Below, piece by piece: positions 37,063 through 49,468 of a stretch of 64,000 bases of DNA. Source of the DNA: Eledone cirrhosa (lineage: Eukaryota); NCBI GenBank assembly GCA_964016885.1, contig OZ024740.1:197222001-197286000 (forward strand). The letters are read 5' to 3'. A model generated the notes under the pieces. That model ran no database searches. It was not told the DNA's origin and was given only the letters and a program-made list of their open reading frames with translations. Numbering within the stretch: the first letter of the stretch is position 1; every line of letters begins with the position of its first letter. Made by a program: the position numbers and the translations under genes.

Positions 37063-38599
37063 ATATTATATTATGTTGTGACAAAATAGGAATATATACT
37101 TCAGATTTACAATGAAAATTGCATTTAAATATAAGTAAATAAACAAACAAGAGGGAGAACTTTGATTATTTATATAAGTTTAAAAAAAAATTATATTATA
37201 ATTATAGGGTTTTATGAATAGTTCAGGGGAGAAGAATTTATTAGTGGGGCTTAAGAATAAATAAGTAAATTAATAAATCCGCATTTTTAATTAAATGGGT
37301 TCTATAGAAAACCGATATGCATTTTATGTATTTATTGCAGATATAGAAGAAACATTTATAACTTGTTATTTATATTAAATTTATCTATATACAATCCTGT
37401 TTTGGTGGGTGAGAAAATATTACGTAAGGGTTATAACGGATAAATCAGATAAGCATATAGAAGGGAGAATGTTTAACATCTGTTTTCCTATAGATTATAA
37501 TTGAAATAAAGTATACAACTTATCATTAGTTTTAACAGTGCATTTATACACTAGATTGCAGTCAAGGCAGTTATTATTTAACGGACAGGAATGACTGTTT
37601 TTACAATTATTTGTTATTTGATGATGCCACTCTGTGATCAAGGTGCGTGAGATTATTATTGTTTATGTTATCGATATTTCTATAGTTAGCATGGGGAGTT
37701 ATTTCTATCTGATTAATTGTAAGATTCCTATTATTAATTTTTGCTATATTTTGGGCAATATTCATAGTTGTTGAGTATGATAGTTTAATAGTATGTCTGT
37801 TAAAAATCTGGTAATATTTATCGAGAACCTGAAAAAACTGGTGAGCTAAACTCCTTTTAATTCCTAGAGATAGTGGTGGAGAATACCATAAAATAGAACG
37901 AGATCGAGATTTACTATTTTTATTTATATATGAGTTATGTTGATTAATTCTCGTTTTCGAGTTTATTAATGATTTTCTTTATATGAGAGGGGATAAGTAT
38001 TCTTATCCATGTATTTTATTTTATTAGAGTAGCTTGCCCTGCTTGACGCATCGTTATAATACTCGGCCTTATTGTCAAAGATATCCGTATTGGCAGAGAG
38101 TCTAGAGATTCTAAGCTGAACACTGTTAACTATAGCCCTCTTAACGTTTTTAGGGTGGTTGGAATAGAAACTAACTATTAAGGGTACTATTACTATGGTT
38201 ATTTAGTATAAAAAGTGCATCATCACGATATAAACCTCCGGCAATTTTCTATGGATAGTGTTAAGGATGAAAATACCAACGAGGTCTGTAACTTGAGCTG
38301 AGCCCGAAGACCCCATGGTAATATCAAAGTTTCCAGGTCTATCAGCTTTAGTTTGTTTGTCAGGTCTTTTTTGGTGGGTAATTTAAAAAAACAGTATAGT
38401 ATTAGTGATGGCTTTTAATCAGGTATATATGAAGAGCGGTTATTTTTTGAAAATATGTGTATAAATAATTTCTCTATTTGTTGGTGTGTGTGCGTGTGTA
38501 TATTTATATATGTGTGTATGTGTACAAATTTATTGGTTTGTGTGTATGTGTGTGTGTGCTTAATCAAGAGATACTTATGTATAATTTAATGGGGGCGAT

Positions 38600-41012
38600 T
38601 ACATATTTAGTTTTGGTTTATGAATAGTTTTTCTTTATTTATTCTTTGTTGTTATGTGAAAGAATCTGAGCACTTACAAAGGGGGAAAATTTTAAAGTTG
38701 GGTAGGATTATTCCTGCACAATCAGCAATGTGGTTACTCAAGGGGATTTTTCTTGTGTTTACGATGTTTGGTCATTCTTTTGCACAATGACACACCCATC
38801 TGTCCTATGAAGTTATGTCGATATCTACTGCATGTGATTACGTAGATTAAGTTCTCTGAGTTGCAGGTGAAGTTGTCTTTCACTGTAAAAGATTGGCTAT
38901 CTTTAAATGTGAATTTTCGTCCTTCAATTAAGCATAGGCATGTACCCCAATTTGTTCTTCCACATTTTGTTACCGTAGGGATGGTAATTTTTTTGTGTAT
39001 ATTTGTTCCAGTGAGAATGTGTTTTAATGATTTGGGTTGCTTTTTACTTTTGATGATCCTGTGTGTTTCTAGGTTTTTTTTCACTTTTTCACTTTCAATA
39101 GAATGGGGAGGTTTTTGTGGAAGTGGTTGAACATTTCAGTGTTTCTGTGGTTGAAGGTGGAAACATATGGTAAGGTATTGTTCTAGAATCTGTGCTTTGG
39201 TTTTTTAAGTTCATGGAAATCTGTGTGTTTTGCTCTGTCTATTCCATTATTATGTCAAGTGAGAAGGCGCTTAAGGTAAGTGTGTTTTTTAATTCATTTA
39301 GTCTTTGTTCCCATTTAGTTGGCTCTGATACTATGGTGCATATATGTTTGGCTAAGTTAAAAGGAGTATTTATTTTTGTATGTTTCGGGTGACTTGATCT
39401 GAAGAGGTACTGTTTGGAATCAGTGGGTTATAAAAGATGTCTGTTTCTATTTTCCCCATCTGTTTTTAAAATAAGGATATCCAAGAAGGCTAATTCCTTG
39501 GTGCTGGATTTCATTGTGAATTGCATATTATTGTTTATCATATGTTTTAATTCAGTGAGTGTATTCATGTTTTCCTGTCATAGTATAAAGCAATCGTCTA
39601 GGTATCTCTTCCAGTGGTTTTTGAGTTGTGTAAGGAAAGAGTCCAAATAGTAGTAGGGATGGTTATAAATTTGTTGTTTGTGGAATCCCATGACTAAGTT
39701 GGCGTATGTAAGGACTAACTTCATGCCCATTGCAGTGTCTGAGATTTGTCGGTATGTTGAACCATTGAAGGTAAAATAATTATTCTGTAAAATTGGAATC
39801 CGTCAATAATAAAGTATTTGTTGATGCGTGTTGCTATTTCAGATTGGATTGTTGTTATTCCATAGTTATGGGGTATGTTTGTGTAAAGGTTTACCACGTC
39901 AAAGGAAACAAGAATTGTCTTCACTTGTTTTTGGTAGATGGTTCAGCATATCTAGCTCTGTACGTGTTTTAGGAAGGGCTTTAGTGGGATGTCCAGGAAG
40001 TTGCTAAGTCTGTGGGTTTCACACACAGGGCTTGCTATAATTGGTCTGAGTTTTAAGTCTTCTGGTGGTGTTAATTGTATGTATTTGTTTGTCAAGGAGT
40101 TACAGGCAACGTTTATGAGTTTGCATTTGTGGATCTTCGGTAAGCCGTAAAAAAATACTCGTTTTGCATTTGAAGTGCCTTATATATTCCAATTCTTTGT
40201 GGTTAGGCTATTGTGATATTCTCCATTGTTTTAGTTTGTATGTAGTTGTTCTTTTATAGTATTTGTTGTCATCTAAAAGTGCCAGATCCCTATGGTAGTC
40301 AGTATTGATGATGACTACAGTGCCCCCTTTATCGGCTTCTTTAGTGGTTATTTCAGTGTTATCTTGAATAATTCTTTCCATTCATGTGTTTATTTTCAAT
40401 TTTTTTCAAAGGGAAAGTTGATAATGCATTTGCAATAGGTGTCCAGTGCTTTGTTCCTTCCTTTCTGTGGGCAGAAATCACTTTTATTTTTAACTATTGA
40501 TTCGTCTTCAGAGTCAATGTTATTGGAAAAGTATTCAGTTGGTCTGAGTTTTCAGCAAAATTCCATGATGTCATTTTTCATTTCAGGCAAGTTTGATTTT
40601 TGTAGTGTGGGTGTAAATTTCAGTTCCTTACTTAATATGTTAATTTGTGTGTCAGTGATTTCTTTGAAAGGTTAATTATCTTCGGTTTCTAATGAATGGG
40701 AGCCATCGGGTGTCCTGGTATTTGTCTTTTTTTCTGAAAAAAAAAGGAATGCTATTTTGGGTGTAATTGTAGTCCGTTTTGTATAAATCTGTAGTTTGTT
40801 TTATGTGAGTTAATGTGGTGATGGGGATGGTACCTGTTGTAGTTGTTAACATGTGAAGGTTTTGTTGGGATTTCATGTGGTCTGGGTGGATACCTTCAGA
40901 AGTATATGGTGTTTATGTTGCGGGTTTGTTCTATATTGTTTTTGTGGATACCTATGTTGTGGTGGTTGGGTATGTTTCTCCTGTTGTAGTTGGTTTGTGT
41001 TGAGTGGGATTA
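38600..41012 (-). mobile_element. Penelope-like element (RT + GIY-YIG), degenerate
   Basis: RT motif ILVSFDVVNLYTNIPH (39721-39924) and GIY-YIG region KCGR..GTC...FTCNSENLIYVITC....FIGQ...L.KRM..H (38734-39084). Confidence 0.9.
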
Positions 41013-41079
41013 TACAAGTATATATATATATATAAACAAGAGGTATAAATCTACATTTCATAATTTACTTCTCTTATTA

Positions 41080-41136
41080 CTGTTACATACATTTCGGTGA
41101 TAGCCACAATTCAACAGCTATGACCTTTTCAGACAG
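41080..41136 (-). ncRNA. Candidate type-I hammerhead ribozyme with core mutation
   Basis: Minus strand: CUGU-CUGAAAA-ggucauagc..gcuaucacc-GAAA-uguaug-UA-ACAG. Stems I and II pair well; G8 appears changed to A. Confidence 0.55.
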
Positions 41137-41385
41137 AAGCAACACATAGAAAACAAAGTTTAGCTTGGAGAAAATAATATCAGAGAAATATAGTTTTTAA
41201 AGGATATAATTACTTGCTGATATTATCACTTGTTGATGTTGTTATGGTAACATATGATCACCCTGCTTTGCTTTCATCTATGGCGTTAATATGGAGCATT
41301 CCCATAGGTCAGTTTCATACAATAACAACAATTGGAAGAAGAATTTTACCACAGAGTTTAGCGAGTATCATATATATATATATAT

Positions 41386-41564
41386 AAATAGAAGCTTTCT
41401 CCATATTTTTGACTAAAGAAATTTTAGCATGATAGTGGGGTTTAGAACCCTGAATGAATGGAAAAAGATGAGTCTCATCTCTTTCTCCCATTTCTTTGAG
41501 GGTTTTAAACCCCACTATCAGGCTAAAATTTCTTTAGCCAAAAATATGGCAAAGACTTCTATTT
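41386..41564. mobile_element. Palindromic foldback MITE
   Basis: Arms of about 88 bp around the centre gatgagtctcatc; a paralogous copy lies at 52315-52479. Confidence 0.85.
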
Positions 41565-41759
41565 CTAATTTCACACTCACTCACTCACTGTTTCAAAACA
41601 TACTTACCTGATATATATATATAGAGAGAGAAAGTTGGTGGGTAGTATTATGTTATGGCACCAGTTTATTAATCACTAAGTGCTATTTATGGGATGTTCC
41701 ACTTTAAAAGTGTGCATTCGCTCCGGCATTGGTTTGTTATTGATGTAATATGCAGAGTG

Positions 41760-42690
41760 ATTATATTAAGTAAGAGAGAATGAAGTTTCACTTTAACATT
41801 TAGTTGCTGGTAGAGAAATTGTCATTGCTTGTTTCATCCCAGATGAGTACCTTACCACTGCAGAACAGGAAGAACTGGCATTTTGCTGTCTCCTTGGTTC
41901 AGCTCTACCGACAGAGTCCAAGCTAGCAGTGTGATGTGGGAGTCCAAGCCATGATCTTGTTGAGAGCATTGTGATGTGGGAGGCGGCCAGCAATGTAATA
42001 GCATGAGAGTGTGTGGGATATGAAAAGAGGTCACAATGAAGCCATAACAACATTTGTGTGGCTTGCAGATTTAGAGGCCAAGCCTCAGGGAAACAGGGAT
42101 ATGTAAACAGTTGCTATCCAGCTGAGTGTCAGTTGATAACGAGGTGACGGTGTTAGGGTGGTGAGGCTGAGTGAAAACAAGCCATTGGATGGCATTCCAT
42201 TTACTTTGAGGGGACTGGATGTCTACAGAGAAGAGGGAGAGTTAGATATTTGCAGAATGGAGGCCAACCTGGTTCCTTGTCACGTAGGCCTCCATTATTC
42301 TCTAGTCATAGTAGGTCCTGTTGTGTTGTGGAGAACCTTGTTGAAGAAGACATGACAAGAATTTGCCGAATAAAGAAATGCCATCAAAGACAGTGAGACT
42401 GGAGAACGGAAACCAAAGCCACTGTATCTGTTGGGTAGGGTGGCTTGTTACCATTCAGTATCATCAAATCAAATATTACGTAGTCTCTTAGCAGCTCTTC
42501 GGATACAGTTATCAAGATTCATGGCTATAGCAAGGGGCACTGCAGAAGGTATATAGAAGCTAGATATCAGGAGTGTTGGTTGGCGTTGAATGAGTTCATG
42601 CAGCAGTAGTATTCTGTGGTGCCTTACCACCTCTACGCTCCCATTCATGGGTTTTGCCTTTTGTCCTTCCTTCAAAGTTGATGAGTCTTT
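41760..42690 (-). mobile_element. Old CRE-like RT relic (paralogs ~52650-53620 and ~60710-61690)
   Basis: WQQATLPSRYGGFGFRSP..L.LVAFLYSA (ORF 52960-53451) matches the QAxLPxxxGGLG post-RT motif seen in the 14140-16540 element. Confidence 0.6.
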
Positions 42691-43277
42691 CAGCAGGACT
42701 AGTGTTGGTTCTGCCTTCCCATCTCCACTTATGTAATAGTGCTGCTACTATAAAATGCATCCAGTACACTCTGTAATATGGTTAGCATTGAGGTGGGCAT
42801 CTAGCCATAGAAATCATGCCAAAATGGAACAAATGAGCAAGACAAGATCATCTGACACATCTACTCTTAGAATATGAAAATCTGTACAACCCATGTCAGC
42901 ATGGAAAACAGACATAAAATGGTAATGATAATTGTTTCTACTTTAGCGCAAGGCCAGCAATTACCCAGTACATTACTGGTACTTTATTTTATCGACCCCA
43001 TTAAGGATGAAAGGCAAAGGTAACCTCAACGGGATTTGAACTCAGACCGTAAAAATAATTTTGAAAGACAGTTTTTATTAAAAATATCACAGTAGTAAGT
43101 AATCTCATCAATGTAGATATAGTTGAGGTTACATAAAATATAGTGCTGGGAGGATATGAAAATTTTATATCATTTTTCCTGTGTGAATATATTTAAGGTT
43201 ATAGTTGATATTTTTTTCTCAAAAAACAAATTTTGACATCGATACAGTTACTCTCTCATATTAATACATACATGTAT

Positions 43278-44060
43278 TTAAGTAATACAGCTTCCCTTCA
43301 TGATATGATTCTTTTCATGTCTAGTTAAGCCAATTCTTTCAGTGTATGATTTACCACACATATCACAATGATATGGTTTCTCTCTTGTATGAACGAGTTT
43401 GTGTTTAGTTAGGTCACTCTTTTGTGGGAATTTTTTACCACAAATATCACAGTTATATGGTTTCTCTCCTGTGTGAATATATTTGTGAATAGTTAAATGA
43501 CTTGTTTGAGAGAATGACCTATCACACATATCACAATGATATGGCTTCTCTCCTGTATGACTATACTTGTGTGTAGTTAAGTGACTTGTTTGAGAGAAAG
43601 CTATACCACAGATATTACAGCGATAGGGCTTCTCCCCTGTATGGATGCGTTGATGAGTAGTTAGGTGATATTTATCAGAGAATGATTTACCGCAGATATC
43701 ACAGTGATATGGTTTCTCTCCAGTATGAATACGTTTGTGTTTAGTCAAGTTACCTCTTTCAATGAATGATTTACCACAGGTATCACAGTGATGTGACTTC
43801 TCCCCTACATGAATGCGTTTGTGAGTAGTCAAGACAGTATTTCGAGAGAATGATTTACCACAGATATCACAGTCATGTGACTTCTCTCCTACATGAATGC
43901 GTTTGTGAGCAGTTAAGAGCTTATTTCGCGAGAATGATTTACCACAGATATCACAGTGACGTGAAGTTTTTCGTTTCTTTTCAATTATCTCACCAGGAAA
44001 ATCAATCCTTTTGGATTGTGTTGTACATTTAACCGGGTTCTCACATAATTCATTTTCCAT
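43278..44060 (-). CDS. C2H2 zinc-finger protein, 8 fingers (paralog A)
   Basis: 260-aa ORF with eight CxxC-x12-HxxxH repeats and TGEKPY/VGEKSH linkers. The N-terminus is short and has no KRAB, SCAN, BTB or ZAD motif. Confidence 0.93.
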   Translation of the reverse strand: MENELCENPVKCTTQSKRIDFPGEIIEKKRKTSRHCDICGKSFSRNKLLTAHKRIHVGEKSHDCDICGKSFSRNTVLTTHKRIHVGEKSHHCDTCGKSFIERGNLTKHKRIHTGEKPYHCDICGKSFSDKYHLTTHQRIHTGEKPYRCNICGIAFSQTSHLTTHKYSHTGEKPYHCDMCDRSFSQTSHLTIHKYIHTGEKPYNCDICGKKFPQKSDLTKHKLVHTREKPYHCDMCGKSYTERIGLTRHEKNHIMKGSCIT

Positions 44061-44494
44061 AGTTTTCCTTCTTTCATCACAACATATTTCTCTTGTTTAT
44101 ATATTTTATTCCCAAAAAATATTTCTACTATTGAATTTCCATCAACTCTAGTCTTTGTTCATATCTGAGGCAGGTTGTTATGTCCTTTGCAAATTTGTCT
44201 AAGTTTAATGAGAATGTAAAATCGTCTTGTACATATTCCATATAATAAACAAAAATTTGCTATTAATTTCAGAGGAAATATTTCAAAATAATTTTACCAT
44301 ATATTATATCTGTTGTATATAAAACATTAATGATGTATCTCAGGTAAAAACAATTCTGTTGTGTCAACATCATCTGATATTCTGAAATAATAGAGAAATA
44401 GTAGAAATAAAAAGTTAACTGAAAGTTTGGCTACATTTCTATATTGATAGATTGTAGATATAACATTTAACACAAACCTTTGAAGTTTAACTTA

Positions 44495-44650
44495 ATTGTG
44501 TAACATTATATATATGTTAAGTTACAGCTACATCTTCAGATTATGTTATATACGTTAAGCTAAAGCTACACCTTCAGATTGTGTAATATATGTGAAACTA
44601 CAGCTACATCTTCGAATTATGTAATATATGTGAAACTACAACTATATCTT
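44495..44650. repeat. Minisatellite of about 38 bp, about 4 units
   Basis: Unit gtgtaatatatgttaaactacagctacaccttcagatt. Confidence 0.85.
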
Positions 44651-44655
44651 TAGTA

Positions 44656-45135
44656 GGAGCTGACGTCTGTATGAGTCTGAGGTGTCGATGTGGCAAACTC
44701 TAAGACTCCATGGTCTTTCTTGCTGCCTGAATGCCGGTCGCTTCGCACGTGACATGGAGCTAAACCTTATTCACAAGAGAGCATTGACTCGGGCAAATAT
44801 CCCCTCAATCTTGGAACCATCTGGGTTGTCCAGAATTGCTGGGAAAAGACCTGACGTTCTTACCCTGTGTCCCTGGGTGAGAAGCAGATGCCTTGTCTGG
44901 GACGTCACAGTTAGTGACTCTTATGCTTCTTCCCACATCCTGGATGCTGCGGTGAGGGCGATCCAGCACATCAACCACGCCAACACATGAGGTAATGTTG
45001 TGAGTGTGCTGGCTTACCTAAAAAATTATTAGAGATGTTTCCCAGTGTTAATTGCGATACGGTTATCTTTTACTCTGGTAGCTGATCGGTTGTCCACCCT
45101 TATTATATTTCTTTTTATACAACAGTGAATAAAAC
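44656..45135 (+). mobile_element. CRE 3' fragment; an oppositely oriented CRE 3' fragment lies at ~45950-46155
   Basis: ORF 44682-44990 (HGLSCCLNAGRF...GKRPD...WDVTVSD) matches 14446-14976. Confidence 0.85.
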
Positions 45136-46519
45136 ACCATTATTTTCATTAACCATGCCAGGAGCCTCACAAAAAACAACGTACCAAAATATATGACCAG
45201 AGGAGAGAAAGAAAAAAAGCCCGGGGGCGAGCAAAAACGAAAACGATCAATTTACCATCAAGTGCGACAAGCGGCCGCACATCACTGCAACCTTGCCACA
45301 TTTGAGCTTTTTAATTAGTTTTGCGACCTCAGCCTGGGAGATTAGTTATCGCTTCCAGGTGCACCTCATGTACATCAGAAGATGCTGTTGTAACTGGGGT
45401 TACGTCAGTAAAGTATTTTCTCATCCTCGAGAGAATGCTCTTCTTTGGTGAGAGGAGAACCCCAGAAGCTTTCCTGATAGCAGAAGTGGAAGAGGACTTC
45501 TTATTACAAAGTCGGTTGATGGTCTGCCAGAACACTTTATTTTATTCAAAGTTGTATAAATAACATAATAAATTGCTCGGACTTTTCACCGACTCCATCT
45601 CCGGAGTATTCGTTACTATTTTTCCCTCGATATTTTCATATGCTACAAAAACATACTTCAAAGTGCGTCATTCCCTGGAAAACAGAGCGGAAAAATGTAG
45701 GGGGAGGCTCGGACTAGCAGCCTCTATCTTTAGCCCCTTATCCCGGTGGGAATTTTAAGAGATAATTTTCATTGATAGTACACATAAAAAAACGAGGAAA
45801 CATAATTATTTCCCACTGAAATGGACGCAGGTGTTCTACCTTGTTCTGAGTTGATTTTCCGCCAAGAACAGCTTTGAGTTCTGAATGACAGTGTCAGCAT
45901 TAGACATGAGTTTCTTTGATCCAATCTATTGTTTAACATTGTAAATCAAAGTTTTATTCACTGTTGTATGAAAAAATATATAATATAAAGGAAAGGGAAA
46001 ACAGGAAAAAGAAAAACAAAACACAGAAGCAGTTAGCACACACGCCTGGAACAACCAAGCCCCCTCACGATCCTCAGTTACCTCCGCTGGGCGAGCCGCC
46101 ATTGAAGATAGGAATCTCGCAGTCAGTAGCCCGACTTCCCTAAACGTCTCGAACGATTTGTTATATGCGTTTATAAACGACATTATATTTTAAATGTTAT
46201 TCTGAATGAATTGCGAGCAATTTGTAATGTTATTTATGTATATATATATTATTTAATAAAAAAAAGTTTTTTTATTATAATTCTATTAAGTGAACACATT
46301 TTTACAGACTTAAAAGAAATTTTTGTCAACTTACGCTTTTCAGAAGTAAACTGAATTATTGTGTGTTTTTATAAAACTAACATAGAATTAATCTCGTTGT
46401 TTTTAACTGTTTTAAATCAACTTTAATCTACAACATAAACTGTAGATTCTTCCAGTAGTGAAGCTGACTTTATATCATTAGCCGCAGTTTCAATTCGAAA
46501 TGTAGTGTGTGTGTAATAT

Positions 46520-46955
46520 TTTGGATTGGCTGTTTCGGTAGAGCGTCGGACACCATGCTGTATGGAATAGGGTTACGCCCCTTTGTAATCTGAGTTCAAA
46601 TCCTGCTGAGGACAACTTTACCTTTCATCCTTACTGAGTCGATAAAGTAAAATACCAGTAATGCACAGGATTCGGTTTAATCCACTCTCCCCTTCCCCCA
46701 AATTATTGACCTTTTTTCTAAATCAGAAATCAATATATGCTTCAATAATGCTTTTATTCAACAGCTAAAATAATTGTTTCTACTTTAGGCACAAGGCCAG
46801 CAATTACCCAGTGCATTACTGGTACTTTATTTTATCGACCCCGTAAGGATGAAAGGCAAAGTCAACCTCGGCGGGATTTGAACTCAGATCGTAAAGGGAC
46901 GTAACTATGCTAGAAAGCATGGCGTCTGACTCTCTACCAATACTGCCAATCCAGC
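46520..46955. mobile_element. Inverted pair of tRNA-derived SINEs
   Basis: A plus copy at about 46520-46735 and a minus copy at about 46770-46955 of the 27420-type SINE. Confidence 0.88.
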
Positions 46956-48306
46956 TAAAATAATGCAAGGCAACATTTACCACAGCTGCTTATGATAAAA
47001 CTAATCAACTAAATTAAATTGTGCCATCATAAACAATATTGTTTACTGAAAGATCGTATGTCTAACCCAGGGATGGTTAATTTGCAGTCTTAAAGCCGCA
47101 TGTGGTTTTCTAAAAGATTAAGTGCGGCCTTCTGAAAGAAGTACAGCAGTCGAAGACAGACACTTCATATAGGAGTGTATATTTTGCTGATTATATTCTA
47201 TTGTCTATATTTTCAACATATGACTTATATTTCTTTATTTACATTTGTAATTGTATTTTGTAAAATAACTGAGGTTTCGCGAATCTGTTGTAAGCTTTCA
47301 ACCCATATCTCTGTCTTGAAGATATTTTCCTCTCTACCAATTTCAGAGACCTTGAAATGGTTCATGGGCAATGCTTTTCTCTTTCTGACTAAAAGAAAAA
47401 AAAAATTATAAGAGAAATAAAGATGTATTTCTATAGCGAGAATTTGATGGTCGTGTTGGTAGTTGATTCGTTTATTGCGTGTGTGCTCACTTGTAGCTTG
47501 TGTGTGGTGTGATGTGGTCAGTGTTGTGTGATATGGTGTGACTAGAGGTTGCACGTGTGCAAGTAAGTGTTCAATAAGATGATTATATGATAGTTCCTTG
47601 ATCACACAGAAAATGAATATATGTAAATGAACCACAATGACACCAAACTGCTATATTATTAATTTATTGAAAATAGCTCACACCGAAGCTATACGAAAAA
47701 TACACAAGAATTATGGACGTTATTTGTTTGTTTGTAAAAGTAGAATTAAATTGTATTTACCAAGAAAACTTCATGAACTTCACTGGCTTGTTTGAGAGAG
47801 AGAGACCAAGAGATAGCGATTGAGTGAAAGAGAGAGTGTTAGAGAAGGTAAGAATCTGTAAGACTCCAAAGGGTCTGTAGAAAGCAAATGTTTACATGTT
47901 TACTCTATCTAGAATTGCTTCAAATTGCCTGGCCTGATCTAAGGCAGGCTATTTGTCGCTTCCTCTGTCTCCAAGGCTTGAAAACAAAAGGCTGACCTTT
48001 TCAGGTCGTCCAATCTCAGAAGTTGATAATGCGATCGCAGTAGGTGTCCAGTGCTTTGTTCCTTCCTTTCTGTGGGCAGAAATCACTTTTATTTTAAACT
48101 ATTGATTCACCTTCAGAGTTAATGTTATTGGAGAAGTATTCAGTTGGTCTGAGTTTTCGGCAAAAATTCAGTGATGTCATTTTTCATTTCGGCGAAGTTT
48201 GATTTTTGTGGTGTAGGTGTAAATTTCAGTTCCTTACTTAATATGTTAATTTGTGTCAGTTAGTGATTTCTTTGAAAGGCTAATTATCTTCAGTTTGTAA
48301 TGAATG

Positions 48307-49027
48307 TATAACGGCGGCGAAGATTCGAAACCGAATCTCAGCTTTCCCGCCTCTGGGACAAGCTGTGGGTAGTTGTTAACGCCCGACAGACCAACACATT
48401 GGGAGATGCTAACCACAGGTCAGATGATATATCCATCCTTCTAACTTCAACCGTTATACATACAAGGGTTGTTTACACCCGGCAGACCAATTCCTCGGGA
48501 GATGCTAACCACAGGTCAGATGATATATCCATCCTTTTAACTTCAACGAAGTTATAAATACAAGGATTTGTTTACGCTCGGCAAAAAAAGTGAGACTACA
48601 GATAAGACAGGAAGTATTTACCGACGCTCCCTTCACGAAAAACCAGTCTGTCTATAACGTGGTTCACTACATGTCCACTAATTTCTCACACGCCTTTCCT
48701 GCCTGGCTGATTGAACCCTACTTACTGCTAAGACAAGACAGTATACTAATACACGCACACATAGTAAGTTCACACTGCTTACATTTTACATGCACCATTT
48801 CTGTCTGTCATATTGTATCTTTCAGATACAATACAAATTATATTATATCATTTTCTGTGATACTTGTATTTACGTGGCTCGAAGAGCCACCAACTTGTAT
48901 GAATATTTCATGTTATAGATTTTATCATTGAATATTGTTATAATAAAATAAACATTGTAACAACACAATCCTGGTATTATTCTTTGCATTGAAATCACCA
49001 TACCAACAATTCCATCTATTCGTTACA
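48307..49027 (+). mobile_element. Solo LTR (Gypsy-type) inserted in the Penelope fragment
   Basis: Termini TATAACG (probably from TGTAACG) and CGTTACA, with a 4-bp TSD AATG. The empty site taatgaatgggagcc is at about 40690. Internal tandem repeat of about 97 bp at 48385-48580 and AATAAA at about 48941. Confidence 0.88.
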
Positions 49028-49406
49028 AATGGGAGCCATTAGGTGTCCTGGTATTTCTGTCTTTTTTTTAAAAAAGGGTATGTTATTTTGGATGTAATTG
49101 TAGTCTGTTTGTCTGTTTTGTATGGATCTGCAGTTTGTTTTACGAGAGTTAAAGTGGTGATAGGGGTGGTACCTGTTGTAGTTGTTAACGTGTGAAGGCT
49201 TTGTTGGGATCTCATGTGGTCTGGGTGGATTTCTTCAGTATATGAATATATATATAAAAAAGAGAGAAATATGTTGGGTTTCTCATCTATTTCGTCTTGG
49301 TTAGGAGGCTGTATGCTCAGTATGCATACTACTCCCACCCTGCTGTTTTTATAGCCTCTTGGATTGTGTTTACCATTATTCTTTTATTATATAACATTTA
49401 TGCAAT

Positions 49407-49468
49407 AAACACCTAATGATGTCACCAGGATCTTACGGAACTTGGTCACTGAAATGTACATGATGTTT
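49407..49468 (+). ncRNA. Hammerhead motif, degenerate copy 1
   Basis: aaacac-CTAATGA-tgtcaccagg..cttggtcact-GAAA-tgtaca-TG-atgttt. Confidence 0.55.

Larger units (their letters stand above)
35100..38400 (-). mobile_element. Degenerate Penelope-like element, split by the MULE insertion
   Basis: Minus-strand LSYSTTMNIAQNIAKINN coding at about 37730-37790 is homologous to the Penelope fragment at 59173-59611. A hammerhead candidate lies at the 3' end. Confidence 0.6.
44382..46334 (-). other. Predicted 5'-UTR intron of ZNF paralog A (B equivalent ~55133-57346)
   Basis: Minus-strand acceptor tatttctctattatttcag| at 44382 and donor aaagc|gtaagt at 46334. Both are conserved in unit B although the intervening DNA diverges. 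Confidence 0.5.

Noticed and set aside
47068-47135. hAT-like terminus (cagggatgg...gccgcatgtgg...tgcggcc)
   Set aside because: No matching second end or 8-bp TSD found.
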